A DNA stretch of 64,000 nt from Octopus vulgaris (Eukaryota). Both the position numbers and the translations under genes were made by a program. Below the pieces are notes generated by a model, which made no database searches, had not been told where the DNA came from, and worked only from the letters and a program-made list of their open reading frames with translations. Numbering within the stretch: position 1 is the first letter of the stretch; every line of letters starts with the position of its first letter. Location: assembly GCA_951406725.2 (NCBI GenBank), contig OX597815.1:140802001-140866000 (forward strand). Direction: 5' to 3'. Of the stretch, positions 12,893 through 27,429 are shown piece after piece.

Positions 12893-15800
12893 CTGCAACA
12901 ACAAGGTAGGTGTTTCTTGTTGCTACTGCTACCTCATAGATTCGGATTACCAGTTAATGAAAGGAGACACATCAATGAGATATCATCTCTACAGAAAATT
13001 TGAACCTACAACCAATAAGTTATGCATCATATCACTTAAATACTGACGCTTTGCTTTACATTCTCCCCAAAAAATATTCACTGATATTCAAGAAAAATAT
13101 TTTTATATTTCGATTTTCATTATTGCAAGAGATGAAGAACAGCTGTTTCATTCTAGACAATGCCTGTCAATTTTTAATATTACCTGTCAACAACAGACAA
13201 AACGTTTTGTTACGACGTCTTGTTTCATTCTGAAATTATCAAACCTACGGAGCAATTTGTGCCATACACTGATTAAAGAACAACACAATTCTAGAAGTCT
13301 ACCATAAAAAAGACTACCGGCAGGAAATTATCAGTCAAACTTCACGTAATTTCGTCTATGCAAATTTGATATGTCTTTTCAGTCTGTTGGCTTGATATAC
13401 TGATAATCGATTGACAAATCAATTATTGATTTTAGATTCTGTATATCGTAAATATAGTTTTGACCGGTTTTCGATAATAAGTCACTGGTATCAAGTAAAA
13501 CTATTTGATTAGCTTCGCTTCTTTACGGGTGAGGAGGAAATTCTGGTTTCACATTTGATGTTAGCGTGAATTGCCACGCCTCATGCTGCTTTTTGTGAAA
13601 AGTATCCCTGAAGTGAACATTACTATGATCGAACAAAGTTTGTTTCATCGATGATTTTTAAATGATTTATAATAGTAGATTTTTTTTCTCTTTCTATGCC
13701 TAACCCTTAATCTTGATCGATTTTTACCCATCTGAAAATAATAAATAGTTTACATGGACCAATAGAATCCATATGAAAGAATATTTCTATTCAGTTGTTG
13801 ATAATGAAAATCACCTAAGGTTATAGCTCTTAAAGCTGATGCAAATTTTTCTTGCTGCGAGCTTCATCGCTCTGAAGTGGAATTTATTAGCCCACTGTAT
13901 TCTGCTGGTATCACTATAAAACAGCTACACAGCTGTGTTTTCTAATTGCTGGCTTTAACAAAGAATACTTTGTTGGAACAATTTGACCACATCACGACTT
14001 AGTGGTTAACAGTGTCCCTTGGCATGTTGTGTTCAACCAAACATTTTTGTAGTTAACAACATTAGATGACTAGGAATGTCTTTGGGGAGTTTCCTTTTGT
14101 CATCAAATTCTATAATGGTTATAATTCTGGAATACATTCTGAGGATCTGACCCAGCAGATTGGAGCACAATATTAATCTACTACCTCTCTAAAGTGAGTG
14201 CAAGTTTTTGAGAGACTACACTAGGCCATTCGATCCCTGGTAGGTTAGTCACTATTTATCATGCACTTTAATTTTGTTTTCCTTTTCTCTAGTAAATGAT
14301 CTTCCTCAGTTTTTATCTGTCTAATTCTCAAGACGTACAGCGATTATTCTCAGACAAAATGAATCATCTGCCATTTTAATTTGTGTCAGCCACTCTCATA
14401 AATATATCTCTTGGAAACACACCGACTATTTCTAAACACATCTTTTCCATATCACGCTCTTTACCGTCGACGGCGAGTCCGATATATTTTTAGTCAACAC
14501 AGCACACGTTCAGTGTATAAGCAACCTTGGATTCCAAACAATATTACCGTTTAGCACAGTAGAATAGTCTAAATACAATCTCATAAAAAAAGAAAACGAA
14601 AGTCATTCGAAAGTATGTGAGGCCTAAGTATCTGTTAGTCAAGAGGAGCATTTAAATATTGATACCTCCCTGCATGATATACTGGCAGTTGTTTCTATTG
14701 GTTAATCTCGTATAATATATACAATTAATATTAAACGAATATGTTACATCAGAATTATTTCACCAATAATATTACATTGCATCTGTATGCATATGATTTA
14801 AATATTTCAAGAGGATATATGCGTTCAGACAGAAGTATTTTCCCACATCAACATCAGACGAAATATTCATGAATTACTCATAAAATGAAATTTATAAAAT
14901 AGTATTATAAATACAAAGAGAATTATATACCAGTTAAAGTTATCAGTAAAACTCATTAATATTTAGTTTATGGAGAAAACACTGTATTTTTTCGGCGATA
15001 TCTTGAATAATATAAACCTTGCGAAGACTTCTGAATTCTGGTGAAATGTCAGATAGATACTGTGCAGGGTCTTTTACCAAGTGTAAGAAAGGTGTTTTCT
15101 TTATAAGTTGTGAGTAATTATTTGTAGTATTTTTGTTACTTTTCAGTTTGAATCCTGCTCAAAACTTAGAGTTTGTCAGGCGGTTGCAGTAAGCATATAC
15201 CGCAACAATAATTTCAGCAGAGTTTTAATATATCGAAGGATTATATCCAGGAATTGATTAAATAAGAATTCATTTGACATTAGTAACTGTATACAGTTGA
15301 AATAAATAGAGAGAAACCGCCTACATATAAAACATACATTCCTTAAAGAAATTAATCATTCCGAGGTCGTCTAAAAAGGTAAAGCTATCATCTTACTACC
15401 CTGAAAGAGATGAAGTATCAAGGCTATTAAAATACACTTACTAGACAACTTCAAATTATGCATATCATATTATATCATAACTTTGTATATTGGGGTAAAC
15501 ACGTAGTTATTATTGAGGAAAACTACTTGCAGAAAGCACTAGTACAAGGAAATCGGATAAATCGATGATCACAAACAACTGCTACCATATGTTGTGTATA
15601 CATTTATATGTATTTTCTGGTGAAAGAACTGGCAGGCTTAGCAGTTATAATTTATATACAATGAATTATTAATTTATTTCGTTGAGGCGTCTCTAAGAAT
15701 AGCTAAGATTTTGCTATGCATTATGTGTGAGGAGGCAGAGACCATCTCTGAAATGAGATGTGGGTAATATATACAACATTAATATTATATCTAGCCACTG

Positions 15801-17313
15801 CATTGAACTAAATTCTCTTCATAGTACTTCGAGATTGATACATATCCTGATAGTAGGTAATTCGGTAGTGTACAATGTCGGAATGGTATGGTGATACACG
15901 AGAATAGTTTAATACCATGGAAAAAGAACCTTGCTGACATGAAGCAGCAATCAATATGTTGATAAAACAACTTCACTTGTGATATAGTTTAATTATAAAA
16001 AGTTTAATGGTCGTGTTTTCGTAAAAACATAACAAAAATAAAAGAAAAAACGAAAATACGAGAATTTAACGCTTTAATACAATTTTGCTAAGAGCGACTG
16101 ATATTTTAATAGTTTCAATGGTTCATTTACTTTTGCTTTCATTTTTAATTTCCTTTTGTTTCTTCATCCTCAACATTTAAAGCATCTTTCGTAATAATTT
16201 CTATTGTCTACTAATATTGGTCAGAATGTTTGTAGAAATGGGTGCGTATTTAAATAGTACACGAATATTGATAATACATATAACTCATACATGTAAACTA
16301 TACATATACAAGTACATGAGTTGACAATGAAGGTGAAACATTGACATTCATGGATTTTTCAATAGCAGAAAGGCGACGTTACGTAAGTACACATCTATAT
16401 ATTTGAAAAGTAACTGAATGAGAATATGCAACATTTAAGCTATCTGAAAAAGAAGAGAAAGTATTTGAATATTAAAAGCATCCTTTATTATCCAAACATC
16501 AAAGTGCTTCATACTGAGGTTCAAATATTAGCGAATCGTCAGAATGTAAATTTTCCACTGTGGAGCTGTTAATAAAAATAAAACTACCTCAATATGATAA
16601 AGCGTCATGTGCAAGGTGAACTGCAAAATTCCAAATGATGACATACATATTCATATTTAATTGGTTCCAGCAGATTAAAACATGAATATGCTAATCGCTG
16701 TTGTATTTCGTTTTTGGCAAACAAATTCTTTCAGACGAATGCGTGGAATTATTATCGGTTTCAGAAATCAGCATGCATCAGCAAATAATTTGTTTGCTGA
16801 ATGTATAAACAACAGCCAAAAACTCTTGCTGGATTCATTAGTTCGAGGAAGGTGTGCATAAGGAAACACATGAAGGTCGTGATACCGACTGTTCCAAAGT
16901 ATCCTCACCTGAATGATGTTTATGACCGAACATTCCTCTCAACAGCGATTGCAATAGGAGCTGCCGGAACAAATAAAGAATGAAACTTATACCATCGTAC
17001 TAAAGCATCACAAAAGGAATCGTCACTGCATATTATGCATCACGCGGTGGTTGTTACTGAGCTTTAATCCCAATTTTGCCTTGCCAAAACATGTCTATCA
17101 TCAAAACCATTTAGGTTTTGACCACACGCTACTTTTCCAGACAGTTTATTTACCAGTGTATTATCCCCTTTTTATTATCCCTTTTAAGATAACAGGATGA
17201 AATTTGACAAGCATTTCTAACAGATCCAAAGATCACGTTCAAAGGGTATTGAAAGAAATTAGGTTAATTATCTAAAGAATTCTTGTTAACATACGAACGT
17301 CAGTTTCCTTAGA

Positions 17314-17345
<32 letters not shown>

Positions 17346-17373
17346 GTACATACTTACATGCATACATATATAT

Positions 17374-18530
<1,157 letters not shown>

Positions 18531-18576
18531 AAAAATAATTTAAGTAACACAAACATGAATAACAATAGCACAAAAT

Positions 18577-18792
<216 letters not shown>

Positions 18793-18894
18793 AATGTCAA
18801 CATTTTAATATCCTAAAGCTGATGAACCAACTGATGTGCTTCTCTATTTTCTTATTTTATAAAATGTATATATATTTATATATCTTAGAATAAT

Positions 18895-19350
18895 AAAAAG
18901 GAAGTTCTTGGTACAATCTGTATATTTGAAAAAATTAACTAGAGCTGGCTTTTTTGGAGAATTTTCATTTTAATAATGATGTTTACGGTGAGTTGTAATT
19001 TTCAGCAAAATTCTTGTCTTTCATGAGATCAGCTTTGTTGGGTTTTGGAGTGGGTGTAAATTTCAATCCATTTTCCAAGAGTTTCATTTCTTCCCTAGAT
19101 AATTTCTTAGATGATAAATTTAGTATTTTCGGTTTGCTTATGTGTTTGTTTACTAATGTCTCGTGAAGGATGGGGTTACTTTATTTTTTTCTGCGGTAGA
19201 TTCCTGTCTTAAAAGATTGTCTCCAATGGAGTTGGGAGTGTCTATGTGGGAATTTTATATTTTACTGTTTGTAAGAATTTTAGGTTGGTTATTCATGAAT
19301 AAGAATGTTCTTGGTTGTTGGATTGGAGGTCGCCACAATAGAAATTATTT
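18895..19350 (-). mobile_element. Penelope-like element N-terminal fragment
   Basis: Minus strand gives KPKILNLSSKKLSREEMKLLENGLKFTPTPKP, matching the NLS...L..GLKF.PTP motif typical of PLE ORFs. Confidence 0.75.
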
Positions 19351-19359
19351 AAAGAAATT

Positions 19360-19505
19360 AAACTTCTGGAAAATTATTGAAGTTTACACACACTCCAAAA
19401 TGATTGAAGTTTACACCCACTCCAAAAGCCAGGGAAGAATTTTGCCGAAAATTACAATTCACTGTAAACATTATTATTAAAATAAAAATTATCCCCAAAA
19501 AGCCA
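19360..19505 (+). repeat. Inverted partial duplicate of the Penelope fragment at 18945-19090
   Basis: gattgaagtttacacccactccaaaa...gaattttgccgaaaattacaattcactgtaaacattattattaaaat is the diverged reverse complement of 18945-19085. Confidence 0.8.
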
Positions 19506-19626
19506 TCTCCGCTCATTTTTTCATATCCATCCATCCTATCTATATATCTATCTATAGACATATGCACACGCACATGCACACACGCACACATATATGCACA
19601 CGTACTTTATATACATATATATATGT

Positions 19627-19674
<48 letters not shown>

Positions 19675-19676
19675 CG

Positions 19677-19857
19677 TATATTTGCCATTTAAATATGGCT
19701 AACCCCTAAGGGTGGATGCTACTGTAGTTTGTAGCCCCAGGAGGACACCTCCTCCAGCTAGCTTTAGACACACTTTCTAGAGGAGGTGTCCTCCTGGGGC
19801 TACAAACTACAGTAGCATCCACCCTTAAGGGTTCGCCATATTTAAATGGCAAATATA
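19677..19857. repeat. Inverted repeat (78-bp arms, 25-nt spacer)
   Basis: 19677-19754 is the reverse complement of 19780-19857 with about 2 mismatches. Confidence 0.92.
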
Positions 19858-19942
19858 TGTCACGATGTGTTGCAGCTACTATTTATAACTCGCTCTAAGA
19901 TTTATTATTATATATATATAAATCCTTAAATCCTCAAAATGT

Positions 19943-20260
19943 TATAGCCGAAGGCCGCGGCCATGCTGGGGCACCACCGCTGAATGAGCTACACTAATTT
20001 CTGAATCCACCTCTGATACGTGGCACTTGATCAACAAGGGAGTTCGATGCTGCTGCCCGCATCTGTGTCTCCTGTCGTGAGGTAGGTTCATCTGGGACTC
20101 CCGACAAGAAGAGATCCAGTTTAGTTTTAAAGAAACCCACATCCACACCATGTAAGTCTCTCAGGCATTTAGGGAGGATGTTAAAGAGCTGTGGTCCTCT
20201 GAAACCCAAGCTGTTGCAGTATCTGGACCTGTATTTTGATGGTGATGTTGGAATCCTTGT
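19943..20260 (-). mobile_element. CR1-group LINE 3' end (ORF2 C-terminus plus short 3' UTR)
   Basis: NSLGFRGPQLFNILPKCLRDLHGVDVGFFKTKLDLFLSGVPDEP...RN* followed by the tail ggtgccccagcatggccgcggcc. Confidence 0.75.
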
Positions 20261-20266
20261 GATGTG

Positions 20267-20300
<34 letters not shown>

Positions 20301-20624
20301 AATTGCATAAAATACTCATCCTGTGTATCATGCAATTATCGCATTAAGCACTTCATTCCGAATCTGCTATCAGTCAACGTAGTAATCAATGCAATGTAGT
20401 GTAAAATAATGTGTCCATGTAACTGAAACTCCAGAAAATCCGAACGATAAATATTTCTGCGAGGAGTAAATAAAGCGTAAAGTGATTCGATTAAAAACGA
20501 ATGATTCCTATTTTGAAATACACCAAAAAGAGCGGAGAAGATCGGATTCCATGTAAATCCAGAGAGCTGACTACGATGAATGCTAAATAAAGTGCACAAC
20601 TTCACTGGGAATCGAACTTTCTTA

Positions 20625-20815
20625 CGTATGTGGACACACTATCACAAAGAAACACCCCCTCTATTCTCTCTCTGTTTATTTCCTCTTGTTCCATTCTGTT
20701 GACGAGCGTAGGCTCGAAACGTAAAAGACTCATTTTCCAGAGCATCAAGCTAATACACGTGCTTGTTGTTTATACATCTAACTTCGTCTTTAGATTTTTT
20801 TGTAAATTTCAACTA
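20625..20815 (+). mobile_element. Second copy of the hammerhead-like short repeat (see 5405-5585)
   Basis: catt-CTGTTGA-c-GAGC gtag GCTC-GAAA-CGTA-aaag at 20692-20727, plus shared downstream sequence. Confidence 0.6.
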
Positions 20816-21153
20816 TATATATTTCTTTGTTGTTTGTATTCGTAATTGTGTACCATGTTTCTTTTTCGTTTTTCCCTGTGCCATGTTCTCCGTTTTTTGT
20901 CTTTGCTGCCGTAAACATTCGCCAGCTTTCGTATAAAGGAGTCTAATGATCTTAGCTTAGACATTTTTTGGGGCAATCAGATCGAACCGTCTCAAGTCTA
21001 ACTGTCAGAAACAGTTGTGGCTTCTGGGACTTGACTGAAGAAAGAAGGCCACGAATGACCCGTCTTTTTTTGCCTGTCCTTCCAATTGTTGTTGGTCTTG
21101 TCCACCTCGTATCGTCTGCCTGAATGCTTTATTGCACTCTATTGCATTTTGCT

Positions 21154-21202
<49 letters not shown>

Positions 21203-21309
21203 TATATATGTGTGTATGTATAATGTATATATATATATATATATATATATATTACGGAGATGTATTCGCATAGCAAGTAATTTGATCTGAGATCGTGTGC
21301 TGAAACGAA

Positions 21310-21622
21310 AACAATTGCAGCGTGGAAGGTGTTTATAAGCCATTTAAGAAACACACAAAAGCCGTTCGATTCACTTCAACATTTAAGTTTAATTTGTCAA
21401 AATATTTTCGTCGCTAAAATCCGCGACCTGTTCACTGACAAAGTCCGTGCTGCATCTCAATGCATCTCAAAGTCCGATGCAGCACGGACTTTGTCAGTGA
21501 ACAGGTCGCGGATTTTAGCGACGAAAATATTTTGACAAATTAAACTTAAATGTTGAAGTGAATCGAACGGCTTTTGTGTGTTTCTTAAATGGCTTATAAA
21601 CACCTTCCACGCTGCAATTGTT
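21310..21622. repeat. Perfect inverted repeat (147-bp arms, 19-nt spacer)
   Basis: 21310-21456 is the reverse complement of 21476-21622. Spacer tcaatgcatctcaaagtcc. Confidence 0.95.
21490..21539 (+). ncRNA. Minimal type-I hammerhead-ribozyme-like motif with G3:C8-swapped core (mirror copy on minus strand at 21393-21442)
   Basis: tttgtca-GTGAACA-g-GTCGC ggatttta GCGAC-GAA-AATATT-t-tgacaaa. 7-bp stem I, 5-bp stem II, palindromic stem III. Confidence 0.6.
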
Positions 21623-21653
21623 ATATATATATATAAATGTATGTATATGCATA

Positions 21654-21733
<80 letters not shown>

Positions 21734-22106
21734 TGTGTGTATATATATATACATGCATGCATACATACATGCGTACATGCATACATACATAATCACAGGC
21801 ACACAAACACACGTACACACACACAGACACGCATATTCCTTCATAGATTTATTAAAGTCTTGACTCAGATCTATATAACTTAAAGTTCATTAGGTAGGTA
21901 GCGTGCAGTATCTCGTCAAGCTTTCGGAAAGAGAGACTTTGAAAATGAAACTGGATTCTAGGTGGTTAAGAACACGTTAGTGAGAGACGGTCACGCGTTT
22001 GCAGTGCAATCAAAAGAATAGCAGCAGCTTACTTTAAGGTCCAAGTATTCTGTGTGAATGTATGTGCCTATGCTTATTTGTTTACGTAGGTATGCATTTG
22101 TATACG

Positions 22107-22172
<66 letters not shown>

Positions 22173-24636
22173 CACACATATATATATATATTTACATATA
22201 TATGTTTATGCGCAGGCACACACACATATATATATCTATATATATATATATACACGCAAACACACGCATGCATATATGTATGTATACATGTATGGATGAA
22301 AGTAAGCATATATACATATACGTACATATATATATACATATATTATATATGTATATATACATATATATATATACATACGTATATTTTATATATGTATATA
22401 CACACACACACACGCATATAAATGATATGTACATATATGTAAATATACTTATTTTCATACATACATATATATACATGCGTGTGTTTGTGTGTATGTGCAT
22501 GTTTGTTTGTGTTTATGAAGATAAGGATGGTTTATGAATAAATAATTATTGTACTTCTAAAGATAGCTGCAATATATATCCAGTTATCAAGTCACCCATG
22601 TCGAAGTTTTTAAATAGCTTACTGACCAACAAAACATGTAAGTGAGCAGTACGTAGTCACAATTAATTTTTATAGTTCACAAACGAGGGCATATTGACCA
22701 TTAAGACACACAAATATAGAACTTACATTGAATCGATTGTAGGACATGAACACTAACAAGAACCTGTATAGTAATAGATATCATGAATACAAACATTACA
22801 CTAATAGTTATGTTATCACAATTGATAATGATGTTTATATTGACCGTAACATACGTCCACGGGTTAAATATGTCAATAACCATTATTTAGACCGTATCAG
22901 TACAGATAATATGCCATCAATACACTGAACAGTACATATTCTCCAAAATTGTAACAGTACACTGACCAATAAATAATGATCATCAATACAGAAAGTAGAA
23001 TAACCAATGTATAATAATGTACAGACATTACCTTGATCAGTGTATAGGCATCCTGAAAAGTAACATTAGGCCTTTCATCATTTTTGTCCGTCTTGTTTCT
23101 CACTGCACTAAATTGCTGCTGCAAAAATTATCTCGTTTATCTAATGATATATTAAACAGGGATTCTACCTTAAGCTTCACTGCCCCAGTGCATGAAACAC
23201 ATCCCTAATACTAGATTACAAATCAACTCCACTGTACTTGACATCATTACTACTATCCCGGACATCATCAGCTCTATTTTAAACACACATTCGTTATCAA
23301 TGGAACGGCAACCCTGTATCACAGTTAGCGAGTACATAAGTCACCGCCGACACAAAATCAACACAAATCCACTCCAGTATTCGCTTGGTCATGAAGCAAC
23401 ATTCCCACTACACGTCTATTCTAATTCCCATCAATTCAAACACATATTATTTACATACTCACTAAGATAACCAACAGTAAGATCACCGGTTATTAATGAT
23501 ACGAATTAATACTAACATCACTGCTAACAATAATGCATTTCAAACACTGTTACCGTTAATATTCCCATTGCTGCAATCACACTGCTACAACCACTTCAGC
23601 CGCTGACTGACAGGTGACGGTCGTTTAGAGAATGCGCGGGCTAAAACTAGGCGCCTTCACTAGGCAGTTAAGGTGAGACTGTGTCACGTGACAACTTGCT
23701 GGGGCTGCCTGTTGGAGACTGTGGGCAGGTATTTCAAGGGAAAAATTTGACAAGTCAGTCAGTCATCGGCTGACACTCGTTGACGCTACATCGAAGAGGC
23801 CAGGGAACAGAAGAAAGAAGTAGAAAGAAGACATGCACCCAACACCAGAGCTGAAGACACCTCCGAAAAGAAGGGCCCCCGCCACGTGAAAACAGTAGAG
23901 GAGTAGGGACCGAAACCGGACGTGGTTCGTCCTGATGATGTCTTGAGCTAACTGGATCCTATAAAGGAGCTGTTGTGGTAGCAGACCACGAAACACGGTT
24001 GTAATTACCCATACACTAATTTCACTGCAACCACGAATACCATGGCATACTCTAAGACAACCCCCATCATGACTAAAAATACTACCATCAGTAGTATTGC
24101 TATTATCGCTAAAACTATCACAGCAAATACTACTATTACATCCTAAAATAACAGTGAAAACACTTATACCCTAACCCTTAACACCTCTAAGTTCACTGAA
24201 ACTATTATAAACATTCACACTGCTACAACAGTAGCACTAAATACAAATAGTACTACTAATCCAAACACTAAAACCACAAACACTACTACAGACAATAAAA
24301 TACAACCACTACTACTAATACAACTACTACGACTATTAACGCCCCTAGCATTACTAGAACCACAACAGTCACATCACAACAACACAACAAGCGCCATTGT
24401 ACAAGTTTCTTTTCCTATTCTCACTAAACACTTTCTTCTACGTCTGCTAATTTTTCACTTTCTCTCAACTTTTGCTCATTATTGCCAAACCACTCTATTT
24501 TCTCGTTCAACTGACATATCATGATTACGTTTCATAAGAGAGCAGCTTATTTTTGGTGAGATGCAAACACATCCGCACAAAGTTTCTATGCATTTACACA
24601 CGTACATTCACACACCTACACAACGATGTAAAAATA

Positions 24637-24690
<54 letters not shown>

Positions 24691-25172
24691 TATATATGTA
24701 CAACACAACGTATCTTCACTGAAATAACCTGCATTCACTGACAACTGAAGCTGTTCGTTTACTGGGGTTGAACTGGCATTAGAGTATCTACTTCAAACCT
24801 TACAATGACGTCAGGGAATTTTTCAACGAGGATATAGTTATTAAGGTAGAGTGGATTCTTTGCTTCCAGCGAATCTTCAAGTAGAGTTTCGTTTACATAG
24901 AGAGATTACCAGTTCTTTGACTAGTACACACTGTATATTTCCGAAACTTTGTCGTTGAAAGCTTTTCTATCGTTAAAAAAAAAATGATTAATTTTACTTT
25001 TGACTGAAAATGTGATTCCGCATTGCGTTACTATTTTTCGTTCCCTTTGACAGAATATTCTTCGTTTCAAAACTCTAATCATACAATGGACATTTTTAGT
25101 ATATATTTATAATAGCTATGTCTGCCTATTTGTGTGTCTCTCTTTCACACACACAACCAAACAGACACATAC

Positions 25173-25207
<35 letters not shown>

Positions 25208-25339
25208 CAAATGCACACTCGCACACACACGCACACACACACACTTATCGTGGAGTTACTCGTACATGGAAAATTGTATGACGTTTTATTTAGCATAATG
25301 TAGCAAGAAGACAGTTTGCTTATGCGAATCACACCAGAG

Positions 25340-25379
<40 letters not shown>

Positions 25380-25381
<2 letters not shown>

Positions 25382-25652
25382 TCTTTTCCTTGTTTCAGTC
25401 ATTTGACCGTGACCATGCTGGAGCACCGCCTTTAGACGAGCAAATCGACGCCGAAATTTATTCATTGTAAGCCTAGTACTTATATTATCGCTCTATTTTG
25501 CCGAACCGCTAGGTTACGGGGACGTAAACACACCGGCATCAGTTGTCAAGCGATGTTGGGAGAACAAAGAGAGACATACAAATATATACACACAGAGACA
25601 CACACACGCACACATAAACACGCACATACACACACACACGCGCGCACACACA

Positions 25653-25696
<44 letters not shown>

Positions 25697-25850
25697 TATA
25701 TACGACGCGCTTCTTTCAGTTTCCGTCTTCCAAATCTACTCAAAAGGCTTTGGTCGGGCCGAGGCTATAGTAGAAGACAAGGTGCCACGTAGTGGGGATG
25801 AACCCGGAATCATATGGTTCCTAAGCAAGCTACTTACCACCGGCGACTTC
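25380..25850 (-). mobile_element. tRNA-derived SINE, family B (internal CA/TA microsatellite)
   Basis: gtttcagtcatttgaccgtgaccatgctggagcaccgcc...gttacggggacgtaaacacacc...ggctttggtcgggccgaggctatagtagaagac...agcaagctacttaccac. Other copies at 26265, 27875 and 53815. Confidence 0.85.
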
Positions 25851-25889
25851 TACGCCATATATGTGTGTGTGTGTATACTCACATATTAA

Positions 25890-26210
25890 AGGCACGTGGC
25901 TTAGTGATTAGGGCAATCAGCTCACGATCGTATGGTCATGAGTTCAATTCCTGGCAACGCGTTGTGTCCTTGAGCATGACACTTTATTTCATGTAGCTCC
26001 AGTCCACTCAACTGGTAAAAATGAGTCGTACCTGTATTTCAAAGAGCCAGGCTTGTTACACTCTGTGTAACACTGCATTTCCCAGAGAACTGCATTAAGC
26101 GTACACGTATCTGTATAGTGCTCTGCAATTTGCGCGTTAATTTCACGAGCAAGCTGTTTCGTTGATCGTATCAGCTGGTGCCCTCTTCATCGTAACCTAC
26201 GGAGTGCTCC
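25890..26210 (+). mobile_element. tRNA-derived SINE, family C
   Basis: A-box gtggcttagtgattagg, B-box gagttcaattcc, then gtgtccttgagcatgacactttatttca. Related to 53117-53708. Confidence 0.75.
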
Positions 26211-26264
26211 TATATATCTAATGACACACACACACACATATACATATATATATATATACATACA

Positions 26265-26425
26265 TACGACAGGCTTCTTTCAGTTTCCATTTACTAAATC
26301 CATTCACAAGGCTTTGGTCGGCCCGAGGCTATAGTAGAAGCCACTTGCCCACCTTGCCACGCACTGGGACTGAACCCGACACCATGTGGTAAGCAAGCTA
26401 GTTACCACACCGACACTCCTGCCCT
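26265..26425 (-). mobile_element. SINE family B, 5' half
   Basis: cacaaggctttggtcggcccgaggctatagtagaag...gggactgaaccc...ttaccacac. Confidence 0.85.
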
Positions 26426-26471
26426 TATATATACGTACATACATACATACATACATACATACATACATACA

Positions 26472-26523
<52 letters not shown>

Positions 26524-27429
26524 CGTAGCAACATCTGATGGTCTGGTCGATCAAGAGATCGGTCACGTGATCACGTGATATATGTATATATTTATATATA
26601 ATGTATATATATTTTATATATGTGTATGCACGTATGTATACGTATATATGTCGGCATGTATGCATATATGTATACGCATATGTAGGTATATATATTGCAA
26701 CTCCTACTGCCAGTTTGATTGCGATTCGAGTTCCTCACCAAGGCAATCTTCATGCCAGAAATGTTGCAACATGATATAGAGTTGTATTTATATCTTATCT
26801 ACCTGTGTGTGCAGCCTGGTGTGTAGCTTCGTATGTTCATTGACTTGGAGTTGTTTTTCTGCCTTCCACTTCATTGTTTGTTTATGTTATTGTTTTATGT
26901 GCCATTATATATTCGTTAGAGCATTGTCAGTATTTGTTGGAGCCTTACTTGATCCGACGTAATCTTGTTTTGTGAATGTACTTACGTATGTGTAGAGTTT
27001 TCTTTTTAAAATTTTAGTTACTAGTGAAGGAGTTATTTGAAAACGAAATTAAAGTCATATCTATTATGAGTAGCTATATCCATAATAAATGGTGCTTGTC
27101 ACGGCTGAGTGATTTACAGAATGATTGTGAGAATACAAGCATTTCATTTTTTATGTGCGTATTTATGTATCAGTTTATATTTCCTTAGACATTTATATGC
27201 ATGACTGTTATTCAACAGCATCTTTACGCGTGCAAGTTTGTGGTCATTTGGCCTGGTAAGTGTTTGTGTAGGCCTGGAATGAGAGTTTGCGTAAGCCTAG
27301 GGTTATATTTTGCCTGTGGTCATAAAACAAACCTGAACTATATGTACGTGATTTGAGAATGTCTTATGATATGTTGTATTAACTGTAAAATAAAAGCTTG
27401 TCAGTGCACGCCTAAATTGAATAACTTAG

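Noticed and set aside
13860-13960. Faint mariner-like motif (LKWNLLAH...YSAG)
   Set aside because: Too degenerate to call.
2396-16960. Other short exon-like segments on minus (about 2396-2484, 15790-15928, 16909-16960)
   Set aside because: One splice site is weak or no homologue was recognised. Such pseudo-exons are expected by chance in 64 kb.
20940-21062. HHR-like words (ctaatga...gaaccgtc; gacttga-CTGAAGA)
   Set aside because: Stem II cannot be formed and GAAA is incomplete.
22700-24400. Thr-rich, mucin-like appearance
   Set aside because: Decayed ACT/ACA low-complexity DNA with frequent stops and no continuous frame.
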